Source: an uncultured bacterium (GTDB lineage Bacteria; Actinomycetota; Acidimicrobiia; Spongiisociales; UBA5794). Taken from it: 64,000 nt of DNA. The translations under genes were made by a program, and so were the position numbers. The stretch lies in the NCBI GenBank assembly GCA_963801165.1, contig CAWDDT010000003.1, positions 32,001-96,000 on the forward strand. The letters are read 5' to 3'. Within the stretch, counting starts at the first letter, position 1, and every line of letters begins with the position of its first letter. The notes beneath the pieces are model-generated. The model had not been told where the DNA came from and did no database searches. It saw nothing but the letters and a program-made list of their open reading frames with translations. Shown one piece after another: positions 10,526 to 21,444 of the stretch.

Positions 10526-10558
10526 ATGGACCCGGCCCCCAGAGAGGGCCGGGTCCAT
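10526..10558. terminator. GC-rich hairpin between convergent genes, probable terminator
   Basis: ATGGACCCGGCCC-N7-GGGCCGGGTCCAT, perfect 13-bp stem. Confidence 0.7.
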
Positions 10559-10578
10559 TGTCAGCAGTTCGTTGTTGT

Positions 10579-12852
10579 CTACGGGATTTCGTTCACACGG
10601 TCGGTGCTCGGGGGAGCGACCGCGCCGCTCGCCGCAAAGTAGTCGATCAACGCCTGGAGGTCGTTGCCTCCGCCGAGCCTTGTCGACGTTACCTCGCCGA
10701 AGGTGGTGAAGTTGTCTCCACCATCCGCCAGGAAGTTGTTCACCGTCACCGTGTACGTTGCGCCCATATCGAGCGGTGAGCCGTTGACCATGACGTTGCT
10801 GATCGTCACCGAGGTGCAATCTCCCGTCATGTCGATCGTCTTGGACAGGTCATATGTGAACCCGTCCGACACCCCGAGGTGCAAGAAGGGACGGCTCGAC
10901 CCGGCCGGCTGGCACTGCTCCTCGAGCACGGACTGGATCTGTGCCCCTGTCATGTCGTACGTCACCAGCGTGTTGCTGAACGGCTGGAATGTGAACGCCT
11001 CGCCGTAGGTAACGACGCCGTCGCCCTCACCGGCCGATTCTGCGTACAGGAGATCCGACCGAACCCCGCCCGGGTTCATGAACGCGACGTCCGCGCCGTA
11101 GAGAGACGTTGCCCACTTCTGGGCATCGGCAACCAGGTTGCCGGCCGCCGACTCGACACCACGATCGTCTCCCGGGGGAGTGCCGCCACGGACGATGTCC
11201 GCAGTGATCTCGCCGACCGGGTCGTTGGCGAATGCATCAAACAGCACCTGCCACTTGGCGATGATCGAGGTCATTGCCGGATCCGGAGTCAGGTCCGCCT
11301 GGATCACGGCATGGTTGACGGCCGTGCTCTCGTCACGCACTACATCGCCCGTCCGTGGGTCGATCACCAGATTCAGCTCCGAAACGACCCGTCCATACGA
11401 GTACGCGCTCGTCACCATGCGCGGCACGCCGTCGGGGTCGTTGAGCAGGCAGTTGTATGGCAAGTGAGTATGGCCCGTGATCACCGCATCGATGGCGGGA
11501 TCCAGCGCCGCGTTTATGGCAACAATCGGGCCCGAGATCCCTTCGCAGGCATCTATGGCCCCCGGCGCCGGTGTCTGTGACCCGCCCTCGTGCAAGAGCA
11601 CGATGATGGTCTCGACACCCTGTGCCTCCAGGATCGGAACGAGCGCGTTCGCCGTGTCCGCCTCATTGAGGAAATCCCAGCCGGTGATACCGGCGGCGGC
11701 AACCAGCGTATCGGTCGCCTCGAGCGTCATCCCGATGAACGCGACCTGGGTGGTGCCGACCTGGGTGATCCAGTAGGGCGGCAACACGGTGTCCCCTGTG
11801 GTTTCACTGACGACGTTGGCAGCGAGCCACGGGAAGTCCGCACCCGTGTACGGATTGCCAGGGAAGTAACAGCCGTCGACCGGGTGGCAGCCACCGTTCT
11901 GCATGCGGAGCAATTCGGTGACACCCTCGTCGAACTCGTGGTTGCCCACGCTCGAGACGTCGAGACCCATTGCGTTCAGCGATTCGACCGAGGGCTCGTC
12001 GTGGAACAGACCCGAGAAAGCCGGGGAACCACCGATGAGGTCACCAGCGGCCACGGTCAGGGTGTGATCGTGACCGGCGCGCAGGTCGGACAACTCGCTT
12101 GATAGATATTCGGAGCCACCGGCTGCTTCGCCTTCGATGCTACCCGGTGTGCTCGCCTGGAGATGGCCGTGATAGTCGTTGAATGCAAGGATCTGCAGTT
12201 CGACATCGGTGAGGCTGCGATGCAGCAACGCCGCCATCTGGCCGCGGGTGACCGGGTCGTCGGGGCAGTAGTTGTCGTTGGTCGGGGGATTGCACCCTCG
12301 CGTGATTCCGGCTGTGCCGATCTTGTCGATGGCGTTCTCGAATATCGAGGAGTCGTCATCGGTGAACAGATCTGCTCCCACACCGTCGGTCAGCCCGAGC
12401 GCTCTGGTGAGGAACGCAGCCATCTGGCCGCGGGTGACCGGGTCGTCGGGGCAGTAGTTGTCGTTCGCCGGGGGATTGCACCCGAGCGTGATCCCGGCTG
12501 TGCCGATCATGTCGATCGAGTCCTCGAATATCGAGGAATTGTCATCGGTGAACAGATCGGCTCCCACACCGTCTGTCAGTCCCAGCGACCTCGCCAGGAA
12601 CGCAGCCATCTGGCCGCGGGTGACCGGGTCATCCGGGCAGTACTGGTCGTTTGCCGGGGGATTGCACCCAGATGTGTATCCGTTGTCTGCCATCCACTGA
12701 ATGTCCCCCTCAAAGATGGATGTGTCGTCGTCGGTGAATGTTCCTCCGGTTGCACTGGCGGCCACCGGCGTTAGTGCGGCCAAGGCAATCGCCGCGGCAA
12801 AGACAACCACCAATGACCGTCCTCGAGCGCGAACGAACTTGCGTCTACTCAA
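10579..12852 (-). CDS. Secreted 5'-nucleotidase/metallophosphatase with three N-terminal SLH repeats
   Basis: Signal peptide; 3x GCNPPxNDxYCPDDPVTRGQMAA; NDYHGH, AGDLIG, GNHEFD, GHTH, NPGGVR, NNFLADGGD motifs; AAGGAG SD. Confidence 0.9.
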   Translation of the reverse strand: MSRRKFVRARGRSLVVVFAAAIALAALTPVAASATGGTFTDDDTSIFEGDIQWMADNGYTSGCNPPANDQYCPDDPVTRGQMAAFLARSLGLTDGVGADLFTDDNSSIFEDSIDMIGTAGITLGCNPPANDNYCPDDPVTRGQMAAFLTRALGLTDGVGADLFTDDDSSIFENAIDKIGTAGITRGCNPPTNDNYCPDDPVTRGQMAALLHRSLTDVELQILAFNDYHGHLQASTPGSIEGEAAGGSEYLSSELSDLRAGHDHTLTVAAGDLIGGSPAFSGLFHDEPSVESLNAMGLDVSSVGNHEFDEGVTELLRMQNGGCHPVDGCYFPGNPYTGADFPWLAANVVSETTGDTVLPPYWITQVGTTQVAFIGMTLEATDTLVAAAGITGWDFLNEADTANALVPILEAQGVETIIVLLHEGGSQTPAPGAIDACEGISGPIVAINAALDPAIDAVITGHTHLPYNCLLNDPDGVPRMVTSAYSYGRVVSELNLVIDPRTGDVVRDESTAVNHAVIQADLTPDPAMTSIIAKWQVLFDAFANDPVGEITADIVRGGTPPGDDRGVESAAGNLVADAQKWATSLYGADVAFMNPGGVRSDLLYAESAGEGDGVVTYGEAFTFQPFSNTLVTYDMTGAQIQSVLEEQCQPAGSSRPFLHLGVSDGFTYDLSKTIDMTGDCTSVTISNVMVNGSPLDMGATYTVTVNNFLADGGDNFTTFGEVTSTRLGGGNDLQALIDYFAASGAVAPPSTDRVNEIP
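12233..12740 (-). repeat. Intragenic ~186-bp tandem repeat (3 SLH units)
   Basis: GCCATCTGGCCGCGGGTGACCGGGTC recurs at 12233, 12419 and 12605. Confidence 0.85.
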
Positions 12853-13066
12853 GATCGGACTCCTTCCGTTCCTCCACGTGGGCTGCTACCAGCCAGCGTG
12901 CTTCGCCGGCTGGTTTGGAGCGATACCCTCCGTACTTCGAAACCTACCTGTTTATAACTGGCTATGGCGGAGAAACCGGCATGAACGTGTTGGATCTATC
13001 TTCGCCCGGACGCGAGAACGCCCATATTCCCACTCTGCGCGCATCACACTGTCTGCTGTGGTCAGC

Positions 13067-13822
13067 TCAGGCGACGGCGCCGAAGACCGCGGCGATGACA
13101 CGCTGGGCTTCCTTGGGGCCGGTCACCTCGAGGGACACCTCGTCGCCGCCGATTCCGATGTCGAAGTGAAAGAACGAGCAACACACCTGTTCGGCCGCGG
13201 CCAGTTCCGCCAGGGTTGCGACATCGACGCTGCGATCAAACCTCACCCGCACCCCGCCGGGGACCCGCTCCCGCGTCCCTCCTGCATTCGACAGCATCCG
13301 AGTCCAGGCTGTGATCCGGTCGCCGACCGCGCCGGCGTTCAGCGAGCAGGCTATGTCCCGGCTGTTGGCTCCCCCCAGCGGTATGGAGTCCAACGCTTGG
13401 GAATGCCGCGTTGGCTGCGGGTCGGAACGGCACCCGCAGTCGTCGTCACAAGCGTGCTCGGGGGTGTGTATTCCCAGTCGAGCCGCGGCCGTCTGCAACT
13501 GACCGGTGAACGCCACGAGCTCCGCAACCTGACGCTGTGCCTGCCGGATACGTTCGTCGACCAACTGACGAATCCGGAGTTGTACCGGTGCGCACTCCCC
13601 TTGGTCGAGAAGCGAAAGAAGCTCGGCAATGTCGCCTAGGTGCAACCCGAGTTGCTTTCCCCGGGCCACGAACCGCAACGACTCCAAGTGATCGTCGCGA
13701 TAGCTGCGATAGCCTGCTGCCGTTCGCTCGGGGATCACGACCCCCTGCCGTTCGTAGAAGCGCAGGGCCGACACGCTGAACCCGGTCGCCTCGGCCGCCT
13801 CAGAGATCCGATATCCATCCAT
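13067..13822 (-). CDS. MerR-family regulator with Cys-rich C-terminal extension
   Basis: YRISEAAEATGFSVSALRFYE...GYRSY; ECAP, CDDDCGC, IACSL, EQVCCSFF. Confidence 0.88.
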   Translation of the reverse strand: MDGYRISEAAEATGFSVSALRFYERQGVVIPERTAAGYRSYRDDHLESLRFVARGKQLGLHLGDIAELLSLLDQGECAPVQLRIRQLVDERIRQAQRQVAELVAFTGQLQTAAARLGIHTPEHACDDDCGCRSDPQPTRHSQALDSIPLGGANSRDIACSLNAGAVGDRITAWTRMLSNAGGTRERVPGGVRVRFDRSVDVATLAELAAAEQVCCSFFHFDIGIGGDEVSLEVTGPKEAQRVIAAVFGAVA

Positions 13823-13828
13823 TCGGCC

Positions 13829-13860
13829 ACCCTAAACCCTCGACCCGGGTCGAGGGTCAA
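13829..13860 (-). promoter_or_regulatory. MerR-type long-spacer promoter with dyad operator, leaderless
   Basis: Minus strand TTGACC-N20-TAGGGT, ATG six nt downstream; perfect 22-bp palindrome ACCCTCGACCCGGGTCGAGGGT at 13836-13857. Confidence 0.8.
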
Positions 13861-13995
13861 GACGGATCCGAGAAAACGGGGGCGGCCGTCGATCTGCCGC
13901 GCACTCAATGGTGTCGGCGATACTGTGCACGGTGGCGCATCCTGTTTCGCCCACTGCTCCCATCACCGGGGATCTCATCGGTAGAGTGCGCGGCT

Positions 13996-14775
13996 ATGGA
14001 TCGATGGGACGGTGGCAACGACTACGACAAGTTCATGGGCCGCTGGAGCCGGGTCGTAGCCGCGGGCTTCCTGAAAGGTCTGACGACCCCTCCTGGGATG
14101 ACCTGGCTGGATGTCGGCTGTGGCACTGGTGCCCTGTCGGAGGCGATCGTCGCAGCCATGAACCCCTTGTCCGTGTTCGCGGTCGACTCGTCGCCGGACT
14201 TCGTTGAGTACGCCCGAACACAGCTGCGGGAGAGGGCGGCGATCGAGGTCGCCTCCGCGGCACGTCTGCCTTTTCCCGACAAGACCTTCGACGTGTTGGT
14301 GAGTGGTTTGCTGTTGAATTTCGTCGCGGATCCCGCGGCGGCAATTGCCGAATGGGCACGGGTGACCAGAACCGGTGGGAAGATCGCGGCGTACGTCTGG
14401 GATTACGCCGACGGAATGGAATTCCTCAGGCGGTTCTGGGATGCGGCGACCAATCTCGACGCGGCAGCGGTCGATGTCGACGAGGGTGTTCGCTTCCCAA
14501 TATGCCAGCCCGGGCCGCTCGTGGCTCTGTTCACCCAGAGCGGATTGACCGAAGTGGCCTCAGGTAGTGTTCAGATCGAAACGATATTCACCGGATTCGA
14601 CGACTACTGGGCTCCGTTCCTCACCGGCCAGGGCCCGGCGCCGACGTATGTCTCCACGCTCGACGAGCACAGTCGCTCGCGGTTGGAAAACGCATTGCGA
14701 ACCTCGCTCCCAGCCGGACCGAACGGCGAGATCGAGCTGACAGCAAGAGCATGGACCGTGGTCGCCACTGTATGA
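13996..14775 (+). CDS. Class I SAM-dependent methyltransferase
   Basis: WLDVGCGTG, LPFPDKTFDVLVS. Confidence 0.88.
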   Translation: MDRWDGGNDYDKFMGRWSRVVAAGFLKGLTTPPGMTWLDVGCGTGALSEAIVAAMNPLSVFAVDSSPDFVEYARTQLRERAAIEVASAARLPFPDKTFDVLVSGLLLNFVADPAAAIAEWARVTRTGGKIAAYVWDYADGMEFLRRFWDAATNLDAAAVDVDEGVRFPICQPGPLVALFTQSGLTEVASGSVQIETIFTGFDDYWAPFLTGQGPAPTYVSTLDEHSRSRLENALRTSLPAGPNGEIELTARAWTVVATV

Positions 14776-14873
14776 CATCGGAGTCGCAGCCGGGACCCTG
14801 AGTCCCACTTGCGGACGTCCACGAAGAGCGCCGAAGCGCGGCACGTCCGAACCCGTGGGATAGATTCCTGTAG

Positions 14874-16046
14874 GTGACTCGGAGCCCGTTGACGTTGAAG
14901 GTGACCTGGAGTGGCGTTACCGCGCGGCGCATGGCACGTCATGGTCTCTCCGAACGTGCCACCGGGGTGTCCCCGGCCGACATGGCCGGTGTCCTGTGCG
15001 GGGCGCACGCCCAGATCATGACCGCGGCCGTACTATCGCTCGGACGGCGCATAGCGGGCGCCACCCGGGCCAATGTCGAGCGCGCCCTTTGGGAGGATCG
15101 CACCCTGGTCAAGACGTTTGGGCCGCGCGGAACGGTGCATCTGCTGCCGGCCGCCGACCTGCCGATGTGGACGGGAGCGCTGTCGGCACTGCCATCGCCA
15201 GCGCCAAACCAGCCAGAGCCGGTCCGTTTCGCGCCGGACCAGACCGACGAGGTCATCGCCGCCATCGGCGACGCCCTGGCCGACGCCGAGCTCACCGTTG
15301 ACGAGCTGACCGAAGCGATCCGGGAGCGCACCGGGCCGTGGGCGGTCGAGCGAACCATGGACGCGTTTCAGGACAAATGGCCGCGATGGCGGCTGGTGAC
15401 GACCACGGCCGCACACCGTGGCGTGCTCTGCTTCGGGCCGAATCGCGGCCGCAACGTGACGTATACGAGCCCACACCGGTGGCTACCCGACTTCCGTCCC
15501 GAGGAGGGCAACAGTGCCGTGCGGAGCCTCCTTGCCCGCTACCTGTACGCCTATGGTCCGGCAACTCCGCAGAACTTCGCGAAGTGGCTGAACATCTCGC
15601 CGCGACTATCGACCGGGCTCTTTGACCGGTCGGTGGACGAGTTGGACCGCGTCGAACTCGAGGGCACCGCTGCGTGGGTACTGGCCGGGGATACCGACAT
15701 GCCGCAGGAGCCGCATCGCGGGATCCGGCTGTTGCCCTACTTCGACGCTTTCGTTGTCGCATGTCAGCCACGTGAGCTGCTCTACCCCGGGGCGGCTGCT
15801 GCCCGTGCGCTGACTCGCTCGGCGCAGGCGGGGAATTACCCGGTGGTGCTCGTAGACGGCGTGGTTGGCGGCGTGTGGCACCAGCGGCGCTCCGGGAGGA
15901 AGCTCGCACTCACTGTCGAACCGCTGCGAAAGCTGACCGCACCCCAACGCCGGCAGCTAAACGACGAGATCGACCTGGTGGGCGAGGTGATGAAGGCTGA
16001 GCCGACCGTGACCGTCGGCACGGTGGCGGTCGGCCCACACGCTTGA
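14874..16046 (+). CDS. AlkZ/YcaQ-family (HTH_42) DNA glycosylase, HxQ type
   Basis: LCGAHAQ, FGPRGTVHLL, RYLYAYGPAT..FAKW, RLLPYFD, VLVDGVVGGVW. Confidence 0.85.
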   Translation: MTRSPLTLKVTWSGVTARRMARHGLSERATGVSPADMAGVLCGAHAQIMTAAVLSLGRRIAGATRANVERALWEDRTLVKTFGPRGTVHLLPAADLPMWTGALSALPSPAPNQPEPVRFAPDQTDEVIAAIGDALADAELTVDELTEAIRERTGPWAVERTMDAFQDKWPRWRLVTTTAAHRGVLCFGPNRGRNVTYTSPHRWLPDFRPEEGNSAVRSLLARYLYAYGPATPQNFAKWLNISPRLSTGLFDRSVDELDRVELEGTAAWVLAGDTDMPQEPHRGIRLLPYFDAFVVACQPRELLYPGAAAARALTRSAQAGNYPVVLVDGVVGGVWHQRRSGRKLALTVEPLRKLTAPQRRQLNDEIDLVGEVMKAEPTVTVGTVAVGPHA

Positions 16047-16113
16047 CAGTGGGAATGGTGTCGTCGAAACCCGGGTAGGGACCGAACCGCCGTGCGGAGC
16101 GTATTCTTTCGAG

Positions 16114-16704
16114 ATGGATGAGATAAGAGCCAAAGCCGAGTTGCACCGTTACCTGAAGATGGCGTGGGATTCCCTGCTCTGGAAGACCGAAGGATTGTCG
16201 GAATACAACGTGAGGCGTCCTCTGACGCCTACCGGGACGAACCTGCTCGGGTTGCTGAAACATGTCGCCAGTGTGAGCGTCGGCTACCTGGGGGACTGCT
16301 TCGGGCGGCCTTTCCCCGAGACGCCGTCGTGGTTCGACGATGACGCTGAGGTCAACGCGGACATGTGGGTTCCCGCTGATGAGTCGCGTCAGTTCATCTT
16401 CGATTTCTGGGACCGTGCCTGGGCGCACGCCAACGCCACCATCGATGCGCTTCCGCTGGGGGCCGAGGGCGTAGTGCCGTGGTGGCCGGAGGATCGCAAT
16501 CCGGTCACTCTGCACCAGATCCTGCTGCACGTGGCGACCGAGGTAAATCGCCATGCCGGGCACGCCGACATCCTGCGCGAGCTTATTGACGGAAGCGTTG
16601 GTCATCGTCCGGCGGTGAGCAACATGCCCGATGACGACGCCATCGACTGGCCCGCCTACTTCGACAGAGTCGAGCACGCCGCCCGCACAGCCCAGCGCGC
16701 CTAG
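16114..16704 (+). CDS. DinB-family protein (DUF664-like)
   Basis: [38 protein letters not shown]. Confidence 0.85.
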   Translation: MDEIRAKAELHRYLKMAWDSLLWKTEGLSEYNVRRPLTPTGTNLLGLLKHVASVSVGYLGDCFGRPFPETPSWFDDDAEVNADMWVPADESRQFIFDFWDRAWAHANATIDALPLGAEGVVPWWPEDRNPVTLHQILLHVATEVNRHAGHADILRELIDGSVGHRPAVSNMPDDDAIDWPAYFDRVEHAARTAQRA

Positions 16705-16892
16705 AGAACCAGGCGCGCCCGGGGTGCGACGCCCGACTCGATATTGGACCCGTGTGTGTCCTGGTTTGCGATGGCGGCGTGGCGAGGAGTCGGCGGCGCC
16801 CGCCCGGCCGGTCGCGATCGAAGACCTCGACCGGTCGGATGGTGAGAACGAGTGGCGCCAACGCAGTGCCGCCAGCATTTGCTGTATGAGTA

Positions 16893-16917
16893 TGATTTTT
16901 GATAGAGTCCAAAATCA
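16893..16917 (+). promoter_or_regulatory. AT-rich dyad upstream of furA, probable FurA operator
   Basis: TGATTTT-N11-AAAATCA inverted repeat just upstream of furA-katG. Confidence 0.55.
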
Positions 16918-16939
16918 GATGAGTAGTACAGCAATGGGG

Positions 16940-19638
<2,699 letters not shown>

Positions 19639-19720
19639 TCCCGACGCACGGTCGATGGTGCGAGGGTGGTCATACAGGCAGCAACCTGCCGGGGTGGCCA
19701 CCCTCTTCACCCCACACCGA

Positions 19721-20053
19721 TCAGCTGTCCATCTCTTCTGATTGGACGTAATCCGCCAGTCGCTGCAGCGTCCGCTCCCACGTTTCGGCACGCGTTGCGA
19801 GCCAGCGGCCGGCGGCGTCGAGCGGCGCAGGATCGATTCGGTATCGCTGTTCCCGACCTTGTCGTTCGGGCATGACCAGCCCGGCATCTTCGAGAGTTTG
19901 AAGATGCCGGGCGACGGCCTGGCGGGTGATGGGTAGGGCCGCGGACAGCTGGGTCACGGTTACCGTCGTCCCACCGGCGATGTGCTCGAGGATCTCGAGG
20001 CGGCGCGGGTCCGACAGAGCCCAGAACGTGGCTACGTTCCCGATCCGGTTCAC
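19721..20053 (-). CDS. ArsR-family regulator
   Basis: FWALSDPRRLEIL, ITRQAVARHLQTLEDAGLV; GTGA overlap with the SRPBCC gene. Confidence 0.85.
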   Translation of the reverse strand: MNRIGNVATFWALSDPRRLEILEHIAGGTTVTVTQLSAALPITRQAVARHLQTLEDAGLVMPERQGREQRYRIDPAPLDAAGRWLATRAETWERTLQRLADYVQSEEMDS

Positions 20054-20493
20054 TGTGCCGTGATCCCTTCGAGAAGTCGCTGGAGGTCGGCGAGCTCGTG
20101 TTCCCACCCGTCGGTGTTCTCGGTGAGCCTTGTCTCGTAGATGTCTGCCGGTAGCGCCGCAAAACCCGTCTCGACCACTGTCACGGTGGTGTTCCCGTCC
20201 CCCTCGGTCAGGTCGAACGTCACTTTCGTGCTCCAGGTGGATCCGTCGCCGGCGATGTGGGCAGCCCAGCTGAAGGAGAACCGAGTGGGCGGTACCACCT
20301 CGTCGACCACGCCTTCGACCTCGAACCCGTATTCCGACCACCCCAGCTTGATGGCGCCGCCCGTCCTGAGATCGATCTCGGCTGAGTCACCGAACCATCG
20401 TGCCAGGTGGTCGGCCCGGGTCAACGCTTCCCAGACGCGGGCGATCGGTTGCGACACGGTGACGCTTCGCTCGATTGCATCGGTCTTCATCAT
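20050..20493 (-). CDS. SRPBCC/AHSA1 domain protein
   Basis: PIARVWEALT...WF...DLRTGG...PPTRFSFSW...GW..ELADL. Confidence 0.85.
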   Translation of the reverse strand: MMKTDAIERSVTVSQPIARVWEALTRADHLARWFGDSAEIDLRTGGAIKLGWSEYGFEVEGVVDEVVPPTRFSFSWAAHIAGDGSTWSTKVTFDLTEGDGNTTVTVVETGFAALPADIYETRLTENTDGWEHELADLQRLLEGITAQ

Positions 20494-20512
20494 GCATCCT
20501 CCTCGATGATAG

Positions 20513-20556
20513 GCAACAGATATGTTGCGTGTGACGATGCGCAACATATCTATTGC
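20513..20556. promoter_or_regulatory. Two GCAAC-N6-(G/A)TTGC dyads, probable operators of the SRPBCC-ArsR operon
   Basis: GCAACAGATATGTTGC (20513-20528) and GCAACATATCTATTGC (20541-20556). Confidence 0.7.
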
Positions 20557-20670
20557 ATGTTGGGTTGTGAAGCACTCGAGGCCGGCCGGGGTCGCCAACG
20601 CTGGAGAGCCCGGGCATTTGCCCGGGCTCTCCAGATCCCGATCGAGGGTCACCGCGATGCTCGAGGTGAG

Positions 20671-21348
20671 TCAGACGATGGCGCGCTTCTCGGACTGCGC
20701 CGTCGCCTTGAGCATCGAGACTGCTGCCCACAGCGTCCACAGCATGAACAGCATCAGGCTGAAGACGCTGAATACACCGTTCACGACGAGGAGACCGCCC
20801 CCGGCCAGGGAGGCGCTGGCGACCAGGGCTACCACGGCGACCCCGAAACCAGCCCTTGACACGCGGCGTGATATGACACCACCGGCCGGACCGGCGACGG
20901 CAACGGCCCCGGCGAAGAGAGCCATCGGAATCCTCACCGTGGACTCGGCGATCTGCGCGAGGCGCAGGACTGTGTCCAGCACCGCGGCATCCGCTCGAGA
21001 CCAGGGAGATCCGAGTCCTGCGGCCAGGAGGAACACGTGGTCGAGGGTCGTCAGGATCAGGACGCCGGCAACACCGATCCCGCCTACGACGATGGCAGCG
21101 TGCGCTGCACCCTGTTCGCCGAGGCGGGCCAGCAATACAGCGGCGAAGACGACCAGCAGTGCAACCGCTATGCCACCGACCCAGGCGTCGATGGAGATAC
21201 CCGACCCTGCCGCGTTGACCTTCTCAACGAGCGTGGTCGGGCCGTCGCCCCACTCTCCGGTGTCGGGGCCCAGTATCACCCGGGCCACCATTGTTACGAA
21301 GAAGAGGATTCCGGAGATCGCACCCCACTTCTGGAGATTCTTGCTCAT
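20671..21348 (-). CDS. Hypothetical multi-pass membrane protein
   Basis: About 6 hydrophobic segments, AAGGA SD; no family recognised. Confidence 0.65.
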   Translation of the reverse strand: MSKNLQKWGAISGILFFVTMVARVILGPDTGEWGDGPTTLVEKVNAAGSGISIDAWVGGIAVALLVVFAAVLLARLGEQGAAHAAIVVGGIGVAGVLILTTLDHVFLLAAGLGSPWSRADAAVLDTVLRLAQIAESTVRIPMALFAGAVAVAGPAGGVISRRVSRAGFGVAVVALVASASLAGGGLLVVNGVFSVFSLMLFMLWTLWAAVSMLKATAQSEKRAIV

Positions 21349-21444
21349 TGCTTTTCCTTTCGTAGGCGTCCGACCTCGTGCCGGACGCCGCAATGAGTAC
21401 CGCAAGGCGATTTGGGTGTGTCTAAAGCCTGGTGAAAGTGGACC

